Source: the human T2T-CHM13v2.0 reference genome, Homo sapiens. From it: a DNA stretch of 64,000 bases. The translations under genes and the position numbers were made by a program. Below the pieces are notes generated by a model. That model worked only from the letters and a program-made list of their open reading frames with translations. It made no database searches and was not told where the DNA came from. Where the stretch lies: assembly GCF_009914755.1 (NCBI RefSeq), contig NC_060928.1, one strand, 5' to 3'. Below are positions 52,068-64,000 of this stretch, piece by piece. Numbering within the stretch: position 1 is the first letter of the stretch; each line of letters begins with the position of its first letter.

Positions 52068-55000
52068 CTGAAAACAAATATAAATTTAAGATGAGAGGAA
52101 AGGTGTAACTATCCTATATGAATTTTGAACATTATTTTTAAAATTTCAAATGCATAATATTTTACATAAATTTTACTAATGTTTACCAAGTTAGAGCTTC
52201 CAAATGAGATATTCCTCAAAGCAAACATGTTGTAGCAAGCCAGTATATTAAAAATTAGTATATAACCATTTACATATGTATGTAGATGGTAGCAGATCAC
52301 TAGATAGACAAACATGTAGATTTTCCATTTCCAAGTACTTATTCTTTTTTATTATGTCACAGTATGAATAATGTGTCACAGTATAGTAATAACAGCACTT
52401 GAAAAAAGAAGCACCACTCAGAGTTCACCTACATAAAAGCCTCCATGAAAATTAAATCACAAAAATAGGAAAAAATTAATAATAAAAGTATTTTATTTAT
52501 CACCAAATACTCTTTGGAGCCTTCTTTAATTTCTATTTTCACAGTTCCTATGTATGGTTTACATGCTGAATATAACAGACTAGAGGATTTTTAAATTTAG
52601 CTGTGTTCAAAACTGTAGATGAAAAAATATAATCCTTCTCCTCCCTCATTCCTAAATTCTGGACAATATCCTTTTGCCAATGTATCCACAATTCCCATCT
52701 GCATTCCTCTTGCATCTCTCACTTTCCTTTGGGACTATTTCCTTCTTCCTGAATTGTATCATATACAAATATTTTTAATGAGGATATGATGCCAGTAAAC
52801 TCAGTTCTTGTGCATCTGAAAATATCTATATTATCTCCTCATTCATAAGTTGTACTTATACTAGTTACACTAGCCCCCAACAACCATTATTTTGTCTCAT
52901 TACTTAAAAGATATTATTTCATTACCATCTTGCTTTTATTGTTATTGTGGAGAAGTCTGCTAGCAATTTAACTTTTATGTCTTTGTAGGTAACTGTTTTC
53001 TTTCTTATTCTTAAGAGAACTTTGTTTTTGGTTTGCTGCGGTTGCACTATAATGTATCTAGTGGTGTGTGTTTGTGTGTGTGTTGTGTGTGCATAGATGC
53101 GTGAGTGTGTACATGTGTATATCGTATATGAGACTCATTTCTGCATCCTAACTCCAGGTATTTGTGTCTTTCATTAAATCAGAAAAAAATTATTTTCAGT
53201 CATTATCTATGGATATTTCTTCCTCTGATGTCTCTATCCTCTGCTTCTGAAACTCCAATTGGACATGTGATTGACCTAAGGTATCCAAAGGCTTAGAGAG
53301 ATTGGAAGGTTAGAGTGACTTATCATGTAAGACCTGCTCACTCACCCCATGAGGGTGCAGAGGACACACCTTCCATCACAACTATGAGAAATAAAATTGT
53401 AAGGGGAACCCCAGAATTCTGGAATAGCTCCATAGTTACGCTATTGTGTAAGTCAGAAATTGCTGTGGGAACTGCTACCAGCAAATTTGGATCCCTAAAT
53501 GCCACAGGGATAATTCAATCCTGGGGTGGCAGGGGCCAAGTGGCAGCACTTAATCACTAAAGATAAAGTAGTTATGGTTACCATAATGGACGGCAAAGTC
53601 AAAGCAATAATCTGAATAGTCTGATTCACAGAAACCTACAGCATTGGCTAGCTGGTCATAGTGTTCCTAGAAAAAAACAAAAGATGGGCATTCCACTAAA
53701 TTCTAAATTGATCTGTACAAAAGGAAGAGTTCTAAGGTAAGTGAACAGATGCCTAACTTAAATCACCAGTCATAGCTCCTTAATCAGTTCCTAAACTTAA
53801 GCCCTGTTACAGACCCAGAACCCCTTGATTGGAGAAAAGGCTAAATCCCTTTGAAGAAGGACCCTGCTCCACTGCCAAAACTCATACTGTTCATCTTTCT
53901 TCAGTCTTCCTCAAAGGGACCTACTGCTATTTATCAGGGTAACTGTCCACTGGAGAAGGGGAAATCATCTGACTTCAGGGGATTACTGGATACTGATTCT
54001 GAACTGGCACTAATTCCAGAAGACCCAAAATGTCACTGTGCTCCCAACCCCCAACCCCCAGTCAGTAAGGGCTTGTGGAACATCAGGTGACTGATGAAGT
54101 TTTCTCTCAAGTTCATCTCACAGTGGGTCCCTGAATCTTCTGTGTGGTTATTTCACCAGTTTCAGAATGCGTAACTGGGACAGACATACTCAGCAACTCA
54201 ACACATCTCCAGGTTGGTTCCCTGACCTGTGGAACGAGGGCTTATGGAAGCCACTAGAACTGTCTATACTTAGAAAAATTGTAAGCCAAAAGTAATACTG
54301 CATTCCTGGAGGGATTACAGAGATTAATGCCACTATTAAGGACTTGAAAAATACAGGAGTGCTGATTTTCCTCACATCCACATTCAACCTGACTATTGGG
54401 CCTATGCAGAAAGACAGATGAATTCTGGAAATTGCCAGTAGATTCCTGTAAATTTAACCCTATGATGACTCCAACTGCAGCTGCTGTTCCAGAGGTGGTT
54501 TCATTGTTTGAGCAAAATAATATACCTCCTGGTACCTGGTACGCAGCTATCGAGCTGGCAAATGCTTCTTTTCTCCATTCCTGTTAATAAAGACCACCAG
54601 GAGCTATTTACTTTCAGCTGGAAAGGCCAGAAAAATATACCTTCACTGTCCTACCCTAGCCCCATGTCATAATTTAGCCCCCAGGGAATTTTCCGGAAGA
54701 AATTTTTTTCTTCCACAAAGTATCTCACTGGTCCATCACATTGTTCATATTACGCTGCTCGGATCTAGTGAATAAGAAGTAGACACTACTTGACATACCA
54801 ATAGGACATTTGTATGTCAAAGATGGGAAATCAATTCAGCAAAAATTCAGAGAATTTCCATCTCAGCAAAATTTGTTGATGGTGGAAAATGAACGGAACA
54901 AAAATTCAAGGATGTTCCACCTCTGCAAAACTTGTAGGAGTCCAATTGTGTGGGGCATATCAAGATATCCTTTCTTAGGAGAAGGGTAGTTGTTGCATCT

Positions 55001-56400
55001 GGCCCCTCCTACAATAAAAAATAAAGTATAATGCCTGGGGGAGCCTTTGTGAATTTGGAAAGCTACATTTCTCACTTAGGTGTGCTATTCTGGCTTATTG
55101 ATCAAGTGACCTGAAAAGTTGCTAGTTTTTATTGGAGCCGAGAATAAGAGAAGGCCCTGCAACATGTCCAGGCTGACACGATTGCAGGCTTCCCTCATGA
55201 AAGGAGTCATTCCCTCTTCTTACTGGAATAGACAGTTACTCTGGATATAGTTACCTTCCCTGCATGCAATGCTTCTGCCAGAAATACTATCCTTGGACTT
55301 ACAGAACCCGTATCCACAATCTTGGTATTTCACACAATATGGTTTCTGATCACAAGGAACTCACTTTATAGCAAATGAGGTGTGGCGGTGGGTCTACGTT
55401 CATGGAAAGCACTGGTCTTACCATATTCTCCATCATCCTGAAGCAGTTGCCTCAGTAGAATAGTCTAACAGCATTTTAGAGACACAGTTACAGTGTGAGC
55501 TAGGTGGAAATACTTTGAAGGCTGGGGCAACGTTCTCCAGAAGGCTGTAATTACTCTGAATTAGTGGCCAATATATAGTGTTGTTTGTGAATTATAGGCA
55601 TAATTCACAATTCAGGATTCCAGGGATAGAAAACGAATGACTCCACAAACTATTACCCCTAAGTGATATGCTAGCAAAATTTCTGCTTTCTGTTCTGGCA
55701 ACCCTATGTTCTGTTTGTTTAGATATCTTAGTTCCAAAGAGAGGAATGTTTCCACCAGGAGACACAACAATGATTCCGTTGAACTAGAAGTTAGGACTGC
55801 CATCTTGCCATTTTGAACTCCTTGTACCTCTGAATCAACAGGCAAAGGAAAGGGTTATTGTGCTGGCTGCTGTGATTTATCCTGATTCTCAAGGGGACAT
55901 TGGGCTGCTACTACTCAATGGAGGGGTAAGAAAAAGTATGTCCAGAATACAGGAGATCCCTTAAGGGTCCCGTAGTACATCCCTTCATACTACCACGCCA
56001 TGTGATTAACGTCAATGGAAAACTACAACAACCCAATGCAAACAGTACTCTATGGGTCCAGACCCTTAAGGAACAAAGGATTGGACTGGACTGTGTTCTT
56101 CAAAGAGACATGTTCGAGTCCTAATTCGCACTATCTGTGAATGTGACCTTATTTTGAACTAGGGTCTTTGCAGATGAAATCAAGTTAAGATAAGGTTATT
56201 CTGGATTAGGGTGAGGCCTAATGTAATAACTGCTATTCTTACAAGAACAGAGAAACTTGAACACAGACCCAGAGGAAACACACAGAGAGAAGGAGAACAC
56301 TATGTAAAGGTAGAGGCAGAGATGAAAGTGATGCATCTACAAGCCAAGGAACACCAAGGATTGCCAGCAGCCTCCAGAAGCTGAGAGAGAGGCATGGGAT

Positions 56401-57504
<1,104 letters not shown>

Positions 57505-58123
57505 GTTTGGTTTTTAATTCAGACCCTCCAGAAGAAACCAATTTTGTAGACAATTTGATTTCAGACATTAACCTCCAGACCTGTAAGAGAATAAACTTCT
57601 GTTGCTATAAGCCACCAGCTTGTGGTGCTTTGTGACAGCAACCCTGGAAAAGGAGGACCTCAGGCAAAGAACCATGACCAGCTTAGGTGCTTGCTGGGTG
57701 CAAAGGGTTTAGGGAATAGGTAATGGGAGGAGAAGGCAGTCATAAATACCAGCTATGACCATGTGACCAGTTGCAGAAATGAGGACTCTAATAGTTAGGG
57801 GTATTTCTTCCTTATTTTGTCTTGAAAATACGTATATATTAAGCAGATATTTTTGTTTTTTTCTTTTATCAGTTTACATACAATGTAGTCATAATAGTGT
57901 GCTTTGTATCACAGTATTTAGGTTACAGGATATCAAAGCAGACGAGTGAAAATTGCCCAAGAACTTAGCATTGTCTTTTGAAGGAAGAGTTAACATGCTG
58001 TTGGTTGTATGCAGTATAGTTGTATCATGTTAAGCACAAGTGTGATTTCGTTAGTGCCTTTATTGGGAGATTAAGTATGGTTTAAGGATATGTATATGGG
58101 TGCTCAGATGACAAGAGGTAGAC

Positions 58124-58538
58124 TGAAATGGTCAGTTTTAGATGTCAACTTCATCAGACTATAGTTCCCTAGTTATCCAATCAAACATGAATCTGGATGT
58201 TGTTGTAAAGGTATTTGTAGATGGGCTTAAAGACTATAATCAATTTTACTTTAAGTAAAGAAGACTATCCTAGATAATATAGAAGAGCCTGATCCAATCA
58301 TCTCAAAGTCCCTGAGTGCAGAATTGAGGTTTCCCTGAGGTAGAACAAATTCCACCTGTGGGCTGCAACTTCAGCTCATGCCCCAAAGCTCCACCCTCCC
58401 CTTCCTTAAGACCTGCCCTATAAATTTTGGACTTGCCGAGCCAGTCCCTATAATCAGGTAAGGTAATTCCCTGCAATAAATCTCTTAACATGTGTATCCT
58501 ACTAGTTCTGTGTATCTGGTAGAAACCTAACTGATACA
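58124..58538 (+). mobile_element. MLT2 (D-like) 3' LTR of the ERV-L
   Basis: TG..ATGG..TTTTAGATGTCAACTT..TTATCCAATCAAAC...CTAACTGATACA. Confidence 0.75.
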
Positions 58539-59030
58539 CTTCCCAAATGGGCCTTTGACTCAAAACAACAAAAATCAACCTGTCAGCAGACTATTATTAA
58601 AAATCAACAAGCCAATTATAAAATTTAAATGAAAATGCAAAGGATTCAGAATAAACTAAACAATCTTCAAAAGAACAAAGTTGGAGCACATATACTACCA
58701 AAACCAAAGTTTCTTACAGAACTACCATAATCAACTTTAATATTGGTTCAAGGATAAACAAGGCTCAAGGATAAACTTATGAAAGAGAACAGAGGGTGAA
58801 GAAATAACCCCTCTCTCACACCATACAAAAGTAAATTCAAGATCAATCATAGACTTGTGAAATACTTACGACCTATACTTTATAAACAGGCAAAACTCAG
58901 CAGGCACTTCACAAGAGGATATTCAAATGGCCAATAACAGATGAAAAGTCCAAGAAAATGCAAATTCAAACCACAATGAGCTACCCCCATGCACCCATCA
59001 GAATGGCCAAAATAAAAAAGACTAACAATA

Positions 59031-59195
59031 GGCTGGGCATGATGGTGTACACCTGTAATCCCAGCAGTTTGGGAGGCCCAGGTGGAAGGTTTGCTTGAGG
59101 CCAGGAATTCAAGATTACAGTGAGCTATGATGGTGTCTCTGCACTCCAGCCTGGGCAATAGAGTGAGACTCTGTCTCACACACACACAAAAAAAG
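59031..59195 (+). mobile_element. Alu monomer (FRAM-like) inside an old L1M fragment
   Basis: Monomer flanked by AAAAAAGA(C/T)T(A/G)ACAA; surrounding 58560-59400 is L1 ORF2-like. Confidence 0.7.
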
Positions 59196-60289
59196 ATTGA
59201 CAAGGCTGGGAAGCAATTCTAAAATTCCAAAATGCCCACATGGAAGGTGGGAGTTTAACTTGGAACTATCACCTTAGAAAATATGTGGACAGTAGTTCAT
59301 AAAGCTGCATTTCTATGTATATACTTGAAGTGAATAAATGCATATATCTACCTAAAGTTATATGTAAGAATATTCATAACAGTTTTACCCTTCAATCACT
59401 TCTCATTACTTTTACAATTTCCTAAGTCCTTAACAGAGCCAGCAAGTACCCCCTCCTCAGTTTCATCAGCTTTTCTCCTCTCTGGTCACACTAAACATAT
59501 CTCAGCTCCTTGGGGAATTCTCAAATGCCATGTCCTCTCTGGAAAACCTTTTGCTCTTCCCTTCCCCCAGCTAACTATTACTCATCCTTCAGACCACGAC
59601 TCATTGCACTTCTCTTCACTTCCTCAGAGAGGTCAACCTTTCCAGACTGGGTTGGTCTGTTAATCATTAGTTTCCACAGCACTCATTAGTTCCTCCTTCA
59701 TATCCATCAGCACCTTTGTAATCATTTTACCGCTTCTTCAACAATTCAATAGCCAATAGGAAATGCTCCAAATGGACAGAGTGTAATATATTCATACAAA
59801 GAGACAGTTCACAGCAATAACTTTTAAGCATAATGGTAAATACAACAGGCAGGAATGTCTCAGACATTATACCGAGAGGAAAAAAGATAGAAAGAATATA
59901 CACTATATGACTCCATCCCAATGAAGTTCAAAGCAGACAAAACTAAGAAATCATATTGAAGTCTGTTAAAGAGATGAGAGGAGGGGGAGGATGGATTGGG
60001 AAGTGGCCCGAGGAACTTTCTCTTGAGGTGCTGGAAATGGCCTCTCTCTTGATCCAGGTGGTTATCACACAGATGTATATATCTGTGTAAAATTTCACGA
60101 GGCTTTACTCTGCACACTGGTTTACTTTAACCACATTATTATATGTATTTTAAACCTCAATTAAGAGGTAAACAAGAAAGCACAGTGAAGGAAAATTATT
60201 TACACTTGGAAGAATTGAATTATTAGGGCTTCTAAAAGTTGTTCAGGACAAACATGCTTTTGTTCCACTTTAATTTACCCATTTAGTAC

Positions 60290-60445
60290 CTTGAATGACC
60301 GATTTCTCTTGTCTAAGAAAATGTCTTCTTGTTGTTCTCAGAGGAAAAGACTTTCCAAGGTTAAATTCTTTAACCAGGTGTGACACAACATTCCACAGGT
60401 CTTCATAATCCCTCCTAATGGAATCTCCCAAATTCAAATGTGGTT
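60290..60445 (-). CDS. DDX60L: DDX60L exon, 156 nt, phase 1/1 (PHLNLGDSIRRDYEDLWNVVSHLVKEFNLGKSFPLRTTRRHFLRQEKSVIQ)
   Basis: atgcag|AACCAC ... TTCAAG|gtacta. Confidence 0.92.
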
Positions 60446-60654
60446 CTGCATAACAATAAAAAATATTAAAATCTCAAAAGTCATACACATGCAGACACAC
60501 ACAGAGCATCTTTTTTGAATAAATTCATAGAGCTCTGGAAAGATGATCAAATATGGAAACTTACAGTGAGTTACACAATACACTTGCATGAAAATTAGTC
60601 ATGACACTATGACAGTACTTTTTTAAAGTCATTTTCTCTTTAAATATAATGCAG

Positions 60655-60780
60655 AGCCAGGTACTGTGACATGGGCCTGTGGTTCCAGCTACTCAGGAGG
60701 CTGAGGCGGGAGGATCGCTTGAGCCCAAGAGTTCAAGACCATCTGGGCAATGTACCGAGATGCCCTCCCTGCCCAAAAAA
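60655..60780 (+). mobile_element. FLAM (Alu monomer)
   Basis: CCAGCTACTCAGGAGGCTGAGGCGGGAGGATCGCTTGAGCCC. Confidence 0.7.
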
Positions 60781-61872
60781 TTAACAAAGGAACATCACCA
60801 TTTTAATCATAGTCCTTATTAAATAATGTGAATGATAAATATATAATTATTCCCAAAAATAATGAAGCACAATATGCTACATATAAGCTTGCAACTTTAA
60901 AAACTAATTTCAAAACAAGTTTTTAAAGAGTTTACAGAATATGGGGGAGGAGCCAAGATGGCCGAATAGGAACAGCTCTGGTCTACAGCTCCCAGCGTGA
61001 GCAACGCAGAAGACGGGTGATTTCTGCATTTCCATATGAGGTACCGGGTTCATCTCACTAGGGAGTGCCAGACAGTGGGCGCAGGTCAGTGGGTGCGCGC
61101 ACCGTGTGCGAGCTGAAGCAGGGCGAGGCATTGCCTCACCTGGGAAGCGCAAGGGGTCAGGGAGTTCCCTTTCTGAGTCAAAGAAAGGGGTGACGGATGG
61201 CACCTGGAAAATCGGGTCACTCCCACCAGAATACTGCACTTTTCCGACGGGCTTAAAAAACGGCGCACCACGAGATTATATCCCGCACCTGGCTCAGAGG
61301 GTGCTACGCCCACGGAGTCTCGCTGATTGCTAGCACAGCAGTCTGAGATCAAACTGCAAGGCGGCAGCGAGGCTGGGGGAGGGGCGGCAGCGAGGCTGGG
61401 GGAGGGGCGCCCGCCATTGCCCAGGCTTGATTAGGTAAACAAAGCAGCCTGGAAGCGCGAACTGGGTGGAGCCCACCACAGCTCAAGGAGGCCTGCCTGC
61501 CTCTGTAGGCTCCACCTCTGGGGGCAGGGCACAGACAAAGAAAAAGGCAGCAGTAACCTCTGCAGACTTAAATGTCCCTGTCTGACAGCTTTGAAGAGAG
61601 CAGTGGTTCTCCCAGCACGCAGCTGGAGATCTGAGAAGGGGCAGACTGCCTCCTCAAGTGGGTCCCTGACCCCTGACCCCCGAGCAGCCTAACTGGGAGG
61701 CACCCCCCAGCAGGGGCACACTGACACCTCACATGGCAGGGTACTCCAACAGACCTGCAGCTGAGGGTCCTCTCTGTTAGAAGGAAAACTAACAAACAGA
61801 AAGGACATCCACACCAAAAACCCATCTGTACATCACCATCATCAAAGACCAAAAGTAGATAAAACCACAAAG

Positions 61873-62889
61873 ATGGGGAAAAAACAGAACAGAAAAACTG
61901 GAAACTATAAAAAGCAGAGCGCCTCTCCTCCTCCAAAGGAACGCAGTTCCTCACCAGCAATGGAACAAAGCTGGATGGAGAATGACTTTGATGAGCTGAG
62001 AGAAGAAGGCTTCAGACGATCAAATTACTCTGAGCTATGGGAGGACATTCAAACCAAAGGCAAAGAAGTTGAAAACTTTGAAAAAAATTTAGACGAATGT
62101 ATAACTAGAATAACCAATACAGAGAAGTGCTTAAAGGAGCTGATGGAGCTGAAAACCAAGGCTCAAGAACTAAGTGAAGAATGCAGAAGCCTCAGGAGCC
62201 GATGCGATCAACTGGAAGAAAGGGTATCAGCAATGGAAGATGAAATGAATGAAATGAAGCGAGAAGGGAAGTTTAGAGAAAAAAGAATAAAAAGAAATGA
62301 GCAAAGCCTCCAAGATATATGGGACTATGTGAAAAGACCAAATCTACGTCTGATTGGTGTACCTGAAAGTGATTGGGAGAATGGAACCAAGTTGGAAAAC
62401 ACTCTGCAGGATATTATCCAGGAGAACTTCTCCAATCTAGCAAGGCAGGCCAACGTTCAGATTCAGGAAATATAGAGAACGCCAAAAAGATACTCCTCGA
62501 GAAGAGCAACTCCAAGACACATAATTGTCAGATTCACCAAAGTTCAAATGAAGGAAAAAATGTTAAGGGCAGCCAGAGAGAAAGGTTGGGTTACCCTCAA
62601 AGGGAAGCCCATCAGACTAACAGCGGATCTCTCGGCAGAAACCCTACAAGCCAGAAGAGAGTGGGGGCCAATATTCAACATTCTTAAAGAAAAGAATTTT
62701 CAACCCAGAATTTCATATCCAGCCAAACTAAGCTTCATAAGTGAGGGAGAAATAAAATACTTTACAGACAAGCAAATGCTGAGAGATTTTGTCACCACCA
62801 GGCCTGCCATACAAGAGCTCCTGAAGGAAGCACTAAACATGGAAAGGAACAACCGGTACCAGCCGCTGCAAAATCATGCCAAAATGTAA
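61873..62889 (+). pseudogene. L1 ORF1p with premature stop (CAG>TAG at 62473-62475, codon 201)
   Basis: ORF-track 61873..62475 and 62548..62889 are the same frame of ORF1p (MGKKQNRK...QNHAKM). Confidence 0.93.
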
Positions 62890-62937
62890 AGACCATCGAG
62901 ACTAGGAAGAAACTGCATCAACTAACAAGCAAAATAA

Positions 62938-64000
<1,063 letters not shown>

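Noticed and set aside
53315-55845. Retroviral gag/pol-like ORFs as a domesticated gene
   Set aside because: Only short fragments separated by stops and frameshifts; a decayed ERV-L.

Overview
Primate (almost certainly human, chr4q32.3) genomic DNA inside the minus-strand gene DDX60L, an interferon-inducible Ski2-like DExD/H RNA helicase. I resolved 21 consecutive coding exons (60445 down to 3585) by hand. All have GT-AG boundaries and consistent phases, and they form one stop-free frame of about 993 codons (roughly residues 380-1372) with the Q-motif region, Walker A (APTSSGKT), DEVH, SAT, motif V and QMSGRAGRRG. The introns are packed with Alus, LINE-1 fragments, solo LTRs (MLT2A, MER21, MER52, MER4-group, MST, MLT1) and a decayed ERV-L; the window ends in the 5' part of a young full-length L1PA. 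Best leads: (1) the L1 antisense promoter points into DDX60L and its ORF0 donor is in phase with the next exon, but a private 23-bp duplication frameshifts ORF0; (2) inverted Alus tightly bracket the Walker-A exon pair, predicting a stop-free 297-nt circRNA; (3) a tailless U2 snRNA retrocopy with a 15-bp TSD; (4) an HERV-L LTR inserted into an Alu; (5) an inverted LTR-fragment pair; (6) a CArG/E-box enhancer candidate. There is no prokaryotic-type system or CRISPR array. Repeat subfamily names come from memory of consensus sequences and need RepeatMasker/Dfam confirmation.
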